NCBI GenBank assembly: GCA_976226885.1
Contig: OZ320318.1
Coordinates: 64,542,001-64,606,000 of the forward strand
DNA length: 64,000 nucleotides
DNA from: Iphione sp. A-MEVVRFRX5
Taxonomy: Eukaryota
Reading direction: 5' to 3'
Part shown: positions 12,301 to 24,990 of the stretch, piece after piece
Numbering within the stretch: the first letter of the stretch is position 1
How the letters are laid out: each line of letters begins with the position of its first letter
The notes under the pieces: generated by a model
Told to the model about the DNA's origin: nothing
Seen by the model: the letters and a program-made list of their open reading frames with translations, nothing else
The model's database searches: none
Made by a program: the position numbers and the translations under genes

Positions 12301-14675
12301 AAATAGTTATGCGGTGAAATTATGCTTGGAGCTGCTCGCGTAAAATATGTGCCGTAACGTGTAGTTATCAATTGGAAGGCGAGATTAGTTGGTAAAACAC
12401 GACGTTGGGGAATTTCAATGATTTACACACGTTTTATGATTCGGTGTAATGCTGCCCGAGTCTTTAGAAGGAAGGGAATTGAAACCCAGCAATTCACGAT
12501 CTTTTTTTTCACTCCAATATCTTTCCTACAGTAACATCCATTTAATATTTCCATGTGATTTTCTAAAAGTCATTAGTGAAGTTATTGCAGCCACCCCAGA
12601 ATGATAGAGTACTTAGGTCTAGGAGCTGTATAAAATTGCCTTAACCGAATTATTGCCATTTTTAATAGAATTATTGCTTTCTCATTGTTTTCTTGTTGAT
12701 GAGCACGGTGCTTGTGTTTTCAAACCGCAGCGGGCGCGCTACGGCGGAGAGATTCAATTATTCATCCTCTCCTACGCCCCCTAGTGGTGGCGAACGCCGC
12801 CTGGTGGAGTTTCGGAAAAATAAACTGGTGGTTAATTGCTGTGAAATATGCACGGGCAAAAATCGCCTTCAATTAGACGGCCATCATCGGAAGGAGGCAA
12901 TCTGTTGTGAGTGTTTAACCACATTAGCGTCTGCCTCCGCAGCGCCACCGTTTTGTCGAGTAGTCTGCCCGCCTTGATAGACCCCTGGCGGAGGAGGCTC
13001 GCTGTATAACCCTTCGTCTCTACACGCAGCAAAGTCCAATTCACCATTACAGGAACATAGCTGCGACCGGACGCAAGAAAAATGCACAATAACGGGACGA
13101 TCTCCCCCTTTCATGAGATTCTCCGAAGCAGCCATTTCGTGGGAGAAAAAGCGGTCTTTATCGAGAAAACACTTCTTTGGTGTGTCATTAGGACGTTAAT
13201 TAGTCATTAACTTGCGAGTTGAATCATCGCTTGGAGATGCTTTGTCTTTATTATACAGCAAGGAGAGTGATTACCGCTTAAGATTGCTGGCTGTGGAGGT
13301 ACGAAGTAGGTCAGGCAATCAGGGACCCCCGACACTGTGTAATGATCTTTTAACACGAGCTCGATCTGCTCAGGAGCCTTCCCTGTCTACCTGATAAAAT
13401 ATAAATTTATGTTTGTCGGGATAGGACACTAATGATACGCAACTCGACAAACGTGCCGACTGTTAGTCGAAGCCCAGTACATACAGGGAACTGTAGTCGT
13501 AAGAGTGGTGTTCACAGCATGATCAAATTAGATTTATATTTAAATAAAGAGGTATGTATATATTGCACATGAAAGCCGTCCTGAATCAGTTAGGTAACAC
13601 CACGTTTGTTCATATGCATGCAGCATAAACCCAGTCTTTGTTGGCGAGGCTGTCATGCAATTGGCTTTGATGGAGTCAAGTACGCCTCGTTCAAGTCCTG
13701 TTATTATTGTCATTGGGAAAAGTGTTGATCAAAATCAGCTTTACCGCCTCGAATGTCGTCACGTCGCAGCGATGGTTTTGATATCTAGCTGTGGGTTGCC
13801 TTAACCCCTCTGCCCTATTTTAAAGAGTCTCCACGGTGATTTTATCGAACCATGCTGACGTGAGATACCGTCATTGTATTTGTCAAGGGTACGTATCCAT
13901 CCGTTAAAAAGGAAAGAAATGGAACTCTTAGCGTGCATTTTAGAAAGTAATCTTAGATCGCAGGTATTGATTGCACGTGCTTCGCAGTACTTTGAATACG
14001 CGCTGCCGGACTATTTGATCTCCTTATTACCAACACGAAATACCAGCCTTCTATCGCACATGACCAAAGAAAATTCCTTTCCAGCTTCAAAGACTTCAAA
14101 GGGCCGACTGTATGTGTATTTTTCTTATCTTTGTCTCCCATTTCTCGGTCCTTTTCCAGAATATTTTATTGGTGCATTAATCATTTCATATCATCTTCCA
14201 TCAAGCTGTTCTCCACGGTGGTCCCATTTTTCTTCTCAACGTTTCTCTTAGTTCTTTTCAATATCTCTTTGGCATGTCTTTCTCTCACTGTCTGTAGCTA
14301 TGCGTTTCTGAGCAACACGCACACAACTCTCTCCATTCTCTTCACGTTCGTCGAATCGCCTCCTTAGAAATCCTAAGCTTCGTTCTGATACCTTTCGAAT
14401 CCTCTTGATTTGCCTCTTGTTATTTTCAGGAACGAATCCCAGCTACCCGATAGACTTAGTCCCGCTTATTATTACCCTCTTATCCCGACCGATTATAACT
14501 CGTTCACTGACTTTTAAGAAGGGTTTAGTCAAATAATCGCAAGTTTTAAGTAGACGAGTGCTCATTAAAGGATTTTCCAACAAGGCCGCCGCAGATGGCA
14601 GTGCGGGCTTCTTAAACCCTTTGCCCCAAAGTGTAGTTTGAAAGGTGGGTTTTGTGAGGTGGTTCGAACAGGCCG

Positions 14676-14706
14676 GGGGCGGGGTGTAAGGTTTGTGCTT
14701 ATAAAG
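14676..14706 (+). promoter_or_regulatory. GC box followed by a TATA-like box
   Basis: GGGGCGGGG at 14676-14684 and TATAAAG at 14700-14706. No downstream exon identified. Confidence 0.2.
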
Positions 14707-17355
14707 AGGCGCTTAAAGGGCAGGTGGTGAAAGACCCTACTTAAGTAGGCCTGACTTGAGGCTTAGGACCGCAAGCCACTTGCCCCAGACACGTTGTTAC
14801 AGTAGTTTGCATTTGGATTGCGCATACTTCCCAACCTCTACTTGCCCTTGTGCGATTCTATAGGAACGTGAGTCCGGGTAGTGTTAGCATAGCTTCTCCC
14901 TAATATTGGCTCTATCGACAGCGAAGCCTTTGAAAAAACGGTCCCTCGGTGTTACTTTGAGACGCGATGCAAAGATCCCCATTCCCTCATTACGAGTGAC
15001 GTGTAAGATATACCTCTCAACTGATAAGCCTTATGTCGATTGTATTTCATTCGCTTTCTTTGTTGAGAGGAGAAGACATTTCTGCTTGTGCATAAAAACA
15101 GACACCAACGTTCTAGAAGCCGTACAAGTTAAAAAAAATGCTTGTCAGTCCTTGTGATGAATTCTACTGTGGACAATTTTATGGGACTCCATTCAAGTTT
15201 TCTTTTGCGCAAGTCGTGTTTGGCATTGAAACGGAAAGTTATGCCGAAGTAGGTCAAGCTAGATGTTTTGTTCACAACACCTGACAGTGATTACCTCCCT
15301 AAAACACGCATTTCCTTCTTTGGTTCTCGCTTTTCTTGTAATTCAAGAATAAAGGTTTTTTGTTAAAGTACGATTCTCCTCCCACGATACTTTATTTCTT
15401 TGTTTACAATTGATAAGCGAATGGGCGTAATGCATCCTATTTTCGTTGCACTTTGGTACTGAGTTCGACATCTATGTTTTCTCACCCTCCTGGACGAGAG
15501 ATTACATCATCTGCCAGCTATGCATGAGCCAGCTAGTTGTCAGGCCTCCTCGAGACTCGATCGTTCAAATCCATCCAACCAGCTAAGCCTCAGTTAACGT
15601 GATAATTTCACGTTGGCCTCGACCACACCAGTGTGAAGAGTCAACTTAGGGGCGTCGATCAATGTTTGTCATGTACACCTCAATTAGCATCGCTGCTGCA
15701 CCTCAAGGTTTTATATAATAATAATAGTGTGAATTCCTCCACCACCCCACCCCCACTTGGCCGGCAAGAGACTAGAATCCTTATCCACACTTAAACATTT
15801 TTGCCTAGTAAAACAGGGTTGAGCCACGATGTCGAGGTTTGGAATGGTGTAGATCTGATATACATGAACGTTTGTGTATCTGCTCAGTTGTTGTTACTCT
15901 TGGCGCTGAACAGTCATCTGTTGCCAGAGACACACGGCGTACCTGCCTGCAGCACCCCCCCCCCTCCACATGCACCAGAGCAGCCTCAGGTGCCTCCCGG
16001 TCCCAGAGGAGACGATCACACATAGCAGCCAGTGTCGGGCAGGTGGTTGTTGTTGCCGCTGTATAAGAGCGCCTTAACGACCTGGGAGGCGTAGGGAGGT
16101 GGGTGCAGGGGGCAGGTCAGGTTCACATAGAGTCACCCGCCGCCAGAGGCGCTAAAGGCCAAGCCGATCCGGGATAAATCCGGGCCGAGTCGGCGTCCGT
16201 AGATGGGTTTCATCACCGACTGATGGCCTGCAGTGATCCTACCGATTATGACCACCTGATGAGGGACCGTGCGGTTCATGGCCCGACCAGTAACAGCGGG
16301 ACACACCCGAAGGGTCGCATGCGTGCTTAATAAAGGCAGCCTGATGGAACCTGTGCCCTCCCCATCCCCACCCCTGGCGCAGGTCGCCTTTACATAACTG
16401 CTCTTTTTCTCCGGCCGCCTCGTGGACTTTCGTTTTTCATCGGTCGCCGTCCCGTCGTAACTACCGTGCGCTTCTCGCCCTCTCCCCACCCGGCCCTTCG
16501 GAGCACATCTTTTTTTTCGACTGACATCATTTGATTTAGTTTTTTATTTGACCGAGCTGCTCCCACTGCGACGGCAGTAGGCTGGCCGCCGTCGGTTTGA
16601 CTGCTTTTTTTTTGGGGGGGGGGGGGGGCAAGCTGGTTTGTTTGTATCTGGGGTTTGTTTTTTTTAGTCTCTTTTTTAGTACAGGTCACCCGAGGGGTGA
16701 AAAGTGCAATGGTATTTTGGGCTGTCATTTTTATTGTTTGATTACCGCACCGAGTGGGGGCCCATTTTTCCTCGTTGCCAACAAGTAATTGGCCGAGGCG
16801 GTCCGATGGCGGCTGAGCCAGGAGCAGCTCTAAGCGCGCTCGTTGGGTATGCTCGCCGATGGCTAATACATTATGGTAACAAATGGGTGCGTCTGGCTTT
16901 CGTAGGGCTGGCAGGGTCAGCATGTACAAATGGTCATTTCATTGGGAGATTTAGGACAAAGCCGCCAGTGGACAGGGTGATGGATGTAGGCGTCTGTCGA
17001 CCGGCGCTGCGTTCGCAATAGACACAGCCCTGAGACTCCTGCAGGCAGGGCTGGAAGGTGTGTTTAGAGGGGGGGCTGCGCGCCAAAGGCCCTTCCGATG
17101 TGACTATAAGCCCCCCCCCCCCCCCTTGGCGAGGTGGGGGGGGGGGTATGATCACTGGACCCCAAGAACTGATTGCACATTCAGCACACTGTCATCACGA
17201 CCTGAGATGAAGTGGACATGCCAAGTCTGATGGCTTCATGCTCCCACCTGCATAGTCAATACGGCCCGCTCGTCCATTAGAGCTAAGGCTCAGCCAAGCT
17301 CGGCCTCCTTCATTCTCCCATATCCTCTCTACCTCACGTCCTTTAAGCGCACAGA

Positions 17356-17360
<5 letters not shown>

Positions 17361-17409
<49 letters not shown>

Positions 17410-17489
17410 CAGGGACAGACAGACAGATAGATAGACAAGACAAACAGACAGAGATAGACGGAGTCAGACAGATAGACAGACAGACAGTC
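17361..17489. repeat. (AG)23 microsatellite followed by degenerate (AGAC/AGAT)n
   Basis: Perfect AG run at 17361-17406, then ggacagggacagacagacagatagatagacaagac... to about 17489. Confidence 0.95.
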
Positions 17490-18429
17490 ATGCAGGGAGT
17501 CTGCTGTTCCTTTGATGGTTCGCCAGCGCCTCAGTGTTGGTGCCAGTTCATTATACAATTGTTGCCTGCTGTCATCATATACGAACGCACCACAGTATGA
17601 CCTCCAGGCCTCTCCTTGTGCGGGATCAGCATGGCATTAGGAGCAATCGGCTCGATTGGCCGTGCATCAAGATCAAGTAGCGTCAGCTCCTGGAAGCTGA
17701 TTTGGATCGCGACTCTGGGCGACTTATTTTTTTCGTAGAGATCTATGGTCCGATATTTATATCACTGTACGTATGTGTGAATGTGTGCGTGTGTTTTTCT
17801 TGATCAGCGGTGCTTGTCGAACTTCAGCAGCACATTTCTTTCCAGTCCGAAAACAGAACACTGTCAAAGAAGCGGAGCTAAGCATAGGCGGTGGTGGCTG
17901 TGGCACAGTCATTGGGCCCGTGGGACATACATACTAGCTCCCTGGGTGGCCTGAGGCGGCCCGAGGTGTCGCTAGTGGTTGGAGGAACACACTTATTACG
18001 GCCTGGTCGTGGCAGCCAGCGGCAGTCGTCCGTGGGTCAGGACTCCACTATACCGTTGTCAGCCCAACACTCCGTGGGTAGCGGGACACACAGCCATGCT
18101 TACAGCTGCTACAAATCATTGACTGTTCGAGTGACAGCCACATTGACAGGTCTGTGCAGGGGCTAGAAGGATTGCCAAATTGACACGTAACTCGACAGAG
18201 CGTGGAACTATACCCACAAATTTCATAGGGATGGCTTGTACTTAAGGGGACTCGCGAACTACCTGATTGTGTTCTGACGGCTACAGATTTTAAATGTGGA
18301 TTTTACGGTGTGAGACGTTTACAAGGGCTTTGATCAGCAGTTTCCGTGACCTGTAATCGTCCTTGGTATGTACGTGAATTTCCTAAACTAATTTCAAGCC
18401 TTGCTTTCTTGTTCTGTTTCTATTTTTAT

Positions 18430-18550
18430 GTCTATGCCTGTGTGTCTGTCTGCCTGTGTGTCTCTCTGCCTGTTTGTCTGTCTCTTCTTGGCCTTTCTCC
18501 CTCTCTCCCCTCCCCCTCTCTCCCACTTCTCTCTCCCTCTCTTCCTCCTC
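18430..18550. repeat. Degenerate (TGTC)n/(CT)n polypyrimidine tract
   Basis: tgtctgtctgcctgtgtgtctctctgcc...ctctctcccctccccctctctccc...; same repeat type as 474-565 and 17361-17489 but on the opposite strand. Confidence 0.7.
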
Positions 18551-21500
18551 CTAGCTTTATATGGAACTAGTCGTTCACTCATTCCACATCTCGTCCCCCA
18601 TGACCCAGATCCATTCAGAACAGCATAGGAGGGCATGAGGGAAATGATGGCCGATATTTGTTCAGGGGAACAGGAATCTTGCAGATGACATGGGGTACGC
18701 TGCGTCAGCCAAGACCAGCCAACCTTTTCACTGCATGCTCCCTCTATAACTTATGCAGGAACTCTGACCCGGAGGCCCATAAAACCAACAACATGCATTC
18801 CTCGGGCCCTTTTTCCTCCTCGTCAATGCTTCAGTAAATTCTGAGAAGCTTTACAGAATGTAAATGTAAGATCGCTTCTTTGTGTTGGATTTTTGTAGCC
18901 TACTTAACTTTGAGAGGGACCAGTAACTCCGTGTGTCATGTTATTGGAAGGCTCAGTGGGAAGCATGTTTATATGAACAATATTAGACATGTACTCACCA
19001 ATACAGAGAGAGTTGATCATTTCTTTCAGTTATGTTCATTGATTTTGTGAGAGCTGAATTAACTTAACTTTATTTACTTCAGTATTCTGTCCTAAGTTTA
19101 ATCATTCTTTGTTTATACGGAAAATTAATCTCTTTAAAGGAACAGTTGGTCGAATTTTGAATCATTTGCTATGTGATTGGCTATGGCAGTCATATTCCAC
19201 TATACATTTCGCATGATATGTAGCTTATGTCGCTTAACGTTCTTCTCATTTACACTAGGGAACAATAGCGCTCTCTTTGAAGCCTTTGTATCTGCAATCA
19301 CACATATAGCACTTGGAGGTAATACTATAATTGTGAGAGTTCTTTTCCGTACGTCATTGGCCCACCTAGTGTTTAAGCTACGGCGGCCATACTGAGCGGA
19401 ACACTAGATTGTCCTACCAAAGATTAACTGGTAATAACGTCTGTTATATTGAACCTGTACAGCAGGACTTTTGTCTGCCTTACCAATACCTGCGAATAAG
19501 TCGCTGCTTTAGCTAAGGCTTTCTGGGCAGTGAGCCATCGCGTAGAAAAAAAACACTGAAAGCATTCTTTTGTGAGGTATTTGTCATAAGGGTTAACGTT
19601 TTTAGAAGTTCCCATGCAAATGTGGCTTTGACCGTGAAATAGAATCCAAGGGAAAGTACGTTCTTGTTAGTCCAGGGTTTTTCTAGACTAAAGAACCTCG
19701 ATTTAAATGTGTAACACCCACTCGTGCTAGCCTGCCTTCTCTCAGAGGTATGAAAGACACGAAATAGTATATTTAAGGTCTTAAATGGTGTCCCTTAAAG
19801 CCCCCACTGTCAATAGCTTTACCTCGGGTAAGACTTGAAGTGTCTTCTAGTCGTTTGCGCTTTTGAGACGAGGCCCTCCAGGAGAGGTGACAGAGAACGT
19901 ACAGGCACCAGCACCAAGTCAAGTACCACAGGTTTCCTTGTCACCCCCACACTGCTGGAGCTGGCCGTCACAAGTGCCAAAGTCCTCTACTCTTCGGACT
20001 GGCAAAGTTGACTAGCACTACTGCCAAGTTGACCGTCGATCGCCAAGAGCTGACCGCAGGGCTTACTTCCCCCAAACCCCCCGACAAACACATATACGCA
20101 CGCACGCACACCAAGCACCGATCGCCAGAATTGCCACTGGGGCTTTACTAATTTGTACCAGTGTGTTAAGTTGGCATTTGCTGAGCTACTAATCTAGCTT
20201 TAATGGCATTTCGATGTCAAACACCTATTCCCACCACCACCCCCACCCCCTCACCACTTACTGTACTGGAACATCGGATCTCCCACCCCCAGCTCCCTCC
20301 CGCCAACGAGCCACTCACGTCGTCGTCGTCCACCTGTCACTGACGCTGGACCGTCGACTTTGTTTTTGTTTCGCCGGCCGCGGCGACCCTGCTCCAGCTC
20401 TATTCCACTTGTTGGCCACGGAGAAGTTTGGCAAACATGGCGCCGAGAGGTTGGGCCAAGTCGAGCTAATATAGAGCCCAGCTTGGGCTGGGAGTCAGGC
20501 TTGGTCTGAAGTGGCCGGTTCCCATGCGGCCTCTTGGCCAGTCACATTAATAGATCCCCCCCACCTCTCGTCCCTCCCTGGGCGAGTGCTGCGTGCCCGG
20601 AGAAGATTACCATGTGTAGTCCCTAGCCGAGAGGCGTTCTTGAAGGTTGAGTTTGCATCTAGGACCTTTGCCTATCAGATAACCCCTCTCATATCCGAGC
20701 TGGAAGCCAAAGACTCCCACATCGGTAGGAGGAGAGGCCGCCCCCCCCCGCCCGCCCGCCCGGTAAACCCGACCTGGTAGAGGCAACAAACATTCACTGA
20801 TTGACATATCGACCCCTTCCAGCGTGTAGTTGTACAAGAAAAACAGAAGACGTACCGTTAATACACATGTCTACACCAGCCGTAATAGTGCTGATGGATA
20901 TTGACGGCGGTAGTAATCCTCTTCGTACTCTTCTCTACCACCAGCGAAACCTGGTGCTGAATACAGGTAATTCACCGTAAGGAATCACCATGCCTTTGGA
21001 TACTGCCCACAGACCGGGTTGGGTGAGTAGGATCGAATGAGTGATAAAAAAGGACGTGTAGACTTTGTGCCGCGTCGCACATCGTCTTCTTCCTCGGTTC
21101 AGTTGACCAGTGTCCACTAGGTACCCTACCCTCCTGGGTTGGCACTGTTTCTCAACATTGTCGTCACCTCCCGATTAAAGGAAGATTGTGATTGACTCGA
21201 TTGGTCGTCCTGCCAAATGCTAAATGTGTCTAACCCTAGTGGTTATCGAAGGCAAACTCATCCCCATTATATAGTTCATGTAGTTGACCTATGTGGGTCC
21301 TGGGCGAGAAGCTATGCCCAAACTACAGAGTCTCCGCCACACCCAGGAGAGGTACTAAGGGGAAGCTAGCCACAGACACTGATATCAGCATGTGGCCTCG
21401 TCCTTACAAGACTGGTATATGGGGAGCCGGGTATGCATAACCCGGGGTTATCAGTGGAGACCCGTCTCCTACAGCTGCTACGGTTATACTTTGGTTATAT

Positions 21501-23575
21501 ACCCTAGCCCCTGTACGAGGCATATTTACGTCAGGACGCCGCTCTATTTATGGTATACTGAAGTCAAGGCTGGAAGTCGACGATCCCGCCCCGGTCCACT
21601 ATGACCTTTAGAGATCAGAGGTCGTCCTCCACTTGTCGCTGACCTTGAGGTCGACCGACTTTGGTACTGACCGCCGAAGGTTGTAGGTACAGACGACTTT
21701 GGAGACCCCACTCATTTAACCCTCCCACGGTTTCATCCCCAATGATGTCTGGGGTAGGTTCTGAGTTTTGGTCCTGGATCTGCAGCTTTCTGCGTGCACT
21801 GTTGGGCACGTTCGGCTTTGAGATCGGTAACACCGTTATTTGTTTACGGGTGTACGTAGTCTGGTACTGCCTTTTTGTTTTAGTCATCGCTTCGTCGTCC
21901 CCTTTGTCTTGTGGACTTCCCACCTCTAAATTGTCCCCTTCAAACCCGATTTAACGAAGCTAAAAGGGGTCTCTTGTTTCATCTCAGAACATTTCTCATT
22001 GTACTTCCATTTTATTAACTCGGTTGCCAATTTCTTTGAGTGCTGACAGTCATCACAAACTCCCCGCGCAGCCTGGCAGAGCCGGGCACCAGGTGATAAA
22101 GTGCATTTACCATAAATTAAAATCGACCATAAATGGCTTATTGAGTGACGGTGCACGGAGGAGGACGAGGAGGAGGGTGGATGACCCGCGTGGGCGATAA
22201 TAGGCAATCTCGTCGCGACAAAAGCCGACCAAATAGTAGAACATGTGATCGCCTTGTTCGACCACTCACGCACCCTCCCTCGCCATTCACTGGTTGTGTT
22301 CATAAAACTGTCGTATAACAGAAGTCACAAATTTATTAATCATGCATTTTGTATCACCAATTTTCATTTTGTGTTCGCAGAATACGGAGGGGACAGCAGG
22401 CAAAAATATACAATAATCTTACTGCTGTGACAAACCTATATCTTGGAGTCATGGTTAGAGATCTAAAGTGATGCATACTATATGGTTAATCCAAACTAAA
22501 GTTAAATCCATAGGACAAATGCTTCCATTTTGGACATTCCTGTATCGACAGAATGATAATTTCTTTTCCATATTCACTAACATTTTGTATACGAAGGTGC
22601 TACTTTAACTTGTAAAAATCCTAACTTGTAAAATTCCCATGTTCATGCCTCGCCGAACGCCCGCTTCCCAAGACCGCCTTGTAGGCCGCCAGGTGGCGCG
22701 CGGGCCGAGTGTACCCGAGCGTCCGCCGTGGAGGGTCCTTCAGTGTATCTCTCAACCGCCAGATCTCACCCCGTCTACCCCCTTCACCCGCTGAGTGGCC
22801 CTCCAAGGCCCGGACGAGAGGCGTTTGTGAGGGTGGAGGAGGGAGGCCCGACAGACGGGCGTGTACCCAGTCCAGTGGGGGATGAAACTCTCCAGGTGTG
22901 GTGCCGAGGGTTTCGAGCTGTTTGTCTGCCCTGGAGTACCTCTCGTCCGGTATCCCCTCCCCTACTCCACACCCCGGACTCTTTTCGCCCAGCACAGGCC
23001 TCAAGTGACACACTTGCAATGTGAAACACTTTTCGGCAACTCGATTAGTTCTCCCGTTTTTGATGTTAAAACTTAGTCACGAGCAATTAATTGAAAGTTA
23101 TGGGAATCTCGATTCAGATTTAAATGCAGTTTATGGGAGAGAAAGGCGCTTGATATTTACTGTGTTTTCTGCCCGGTTTGTTTTGGCGTGCTTGACAAGG
23201 TTTGCCCTTAAATGCCTCGTGTGTTCCATGCCGCAAGGGTTAGCGCTGGTTGACTTGGGAGACAGCTGTCATCAGCCAGTCTTCTGGTGGTCAGGCATTG
23301 TCTGGCGGCAGCTAATGTCCTGTTTGTCAAGCTTGTTCAGTCGCTGCAATAACCATTGGCGAACCGCCCCTGGACAGGAAGTATTGTTTGAATGTGCGAG
23401 CGGGGTTCAACTCCATCATGTAATTCTTTGTTGGTCTGACAACAATAGCCCAAACGGAGCAGACAAACACAGCCTTTCTCTCTGGATTCCTGCTTGTCGG
23501 CCTACATGCCTCCATGCTCAGCTGTCTACCTGCCTGCTGGTCTGCCTACCTTACTGCCTACATGTAGGTCTGTTT

Positions 23576-23667
23576 TTCCTTCCTTCCTTCCTTCCTTCCT
23601 TCCTTCCTTCCTTCCTTCCTTCCTTCCTTCCTTCCTTCCTTCCTTCCTTCCAGCCAGCCAGCCAGCC
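23576..23667. repeat. Compound microsatellite (TTCC)19(AGCC)4
   Basis: Perfect TTCC array at 23576-23651, then AGCC x4. This produces the LPSF repeats in the spurious 222-aa ORF. Confidence 0.95.
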
Positions 23668-23779
23668 AGTTAGCTGGCAAGCCATCTAATGATTCCTATA
23701 GAGTTGGACGTGCACTGTCCGTTCTAAGATGGTCTCACTTTTACATACACACATTCCCACTAACTGCCATGGTCATTTA

Positions 23780-24374
23780 GGCTGAATTTCCTTAGAAACG
23801 TATTTTCACAGTGCATGAATTCATTTTTTTGGGTCATCAGAAGTGGGTTTTATTTGGGGATTTCATGGTGGAGCGTATCATCTGCACCATGAAAACCTGG
23901 TGGTGAAAGTGATGATTTTGGTGGAAAATGGCAGACTTCATGTATATTTGGCTGAAAAATGGCTAGAGTCATGCAAACCCATGTAAATTTGGGGAAAAAA
24001 TAGCAAGATTCACGCAAATAAATGGCACAATTCATACACATTTGAAAGAAAACAGCAAAATTCATGCAATTTTGGCTGTTAAAGAGCGAATATCACGGAA
24101 ATTGGGATGAGAAATGAAAAAAACTAGTCTTTAGAAGTGTGAAAATATGTGGAAATATTTAGTTTTTTGCCCAAAACAAGCCTACGAAGACTTTTTCAAC
24201 CCCTCTTTCCCTATACTGCTGTTGAAAACACAGCCATGTTGTTTGTTGGGAACTTTCCCAATCCTAAAACATATGTCAACATGAAACCCTCCAGGCTATA
24301 AGCATAGACCTCCAAAACATGCAGAGAACATGCTGACATGCACCGTGAAAAGACGCTTCTAAGGAAATTCAGCC
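23780..24374. mobile_element. Non-autonomous PIF/Harbinger-like TIR element (E1, 595 bp)
   Basis: 38-bp TIRs, 35/38 identical (GGCTGAATTTCCTTAGAA[A/G]CGT[A/C]TTTTCAC[A/G]GTGCATG; 23780-23817 and 24337-24374). Flanks TTA / ATA, one mismatch from a 3-bp TWA target-site duplication. Interior holds degenerate ~31-bp repeats shared with E2 in the opposite orientation. No ORF. Confidence 0.8.
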
Positions 24375-24838
24375 ATAGTTTGGAGTTGTACATATTGTTG
24401 GCTCTTCTCTGCCCCTCTTCTTATTGGTAATCTTAGGGATAGATATATGTAAATCTTAAAGTTCAAGGTAAAGTTAGGAGCAGCCATGACAATTAAACCA
24501 TTATTTGGTACAAACAAAGAATGACCAGGCAATGGGACAAAAGGACGACCGTTATACAGAGTCACTGTCACTCCTGATTTAATTACTATGCATTAACATT
24601 ACTTCAATGGCTTGTTTCACACCTATAAAGGTTTGTGGTGCGCAACACCCTTTTCACACTGGAGCTGAGCAAAAATTTCATTCTGCGCTAGGGATTGGTT
24701 TCCTTACTTGTGCTAATGCTTGCATCTGTGCTACATTGTGTCCTCCTTGACTGTAACAGCACATGGAAATACGGGAGAGGGGGTTCTTTTTCTTGCGTGT
24801 GCATTGATTGAAGGTTGGTTCAAGGTGAAAAAAAAACA

Positions 24839-24990
24839 CACAACAGCATAAAAACTTATGAAATTATGCCCAACAGAGCAAATAACTCACTGCACAACAG
24901 CATAAATAACTCATAAGATGTATGCAAATGTGCACAAATACAAGCAAATATGGAAATGTATGTAAATATATGCAAATTTATGGAACTCCA
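24839..24990. repeat. Degenerate short tandem repeats, including a ~10-bp ATGCAAAT-like array
   Basis: cacaacagcataaa at 24839 and 24893. AAAT cores at 24926, 24936, 24946, 24954, 24964 and 24974. Perfect ATGCAAAT at 24922 and 24970. Confidence 0.6.

Noticed and set aside
14728-14749. TGAAAGACCC, resembling the 5' end of gammaretroviral LTRs
   Set aside because: Only about 10 nt match; no second LTR, primer-binding site or gag/pol remnant.
19377-19393. GCTACGGCGGCCATAC, resembling the 5' end of 5S rRNA
   Set aside because: Similarity ends after about 15 nt; no internal control region or 5S fold.
21800-21890. Peptide KRQYQTTYTRKQITVL in ORF 21615..21923(-), like the homeodomain N-terminal arm (TYTRxQxxxL)
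   Set aside because: No EKEF-like continuation and no helix-3 WFQNRR; treated as chance.
23350-23424. Pol III A-box-like TGGCGAACCGC (23357) and perfect B-box GGTTCAACTCC (23404) at tRNA-like spacing
   Set aside because: Acceptor and T stems do not pair, so no cloverleaf forms. At most a decayed SINE head, with no second copy seen.
23021-23689. Longest ORF (222 aa)
   Set aside because: Extended by the stop-free (TTCC)n/(AGCC)n microsatellite; starts at TTG or another non-canonical position and has no domain.
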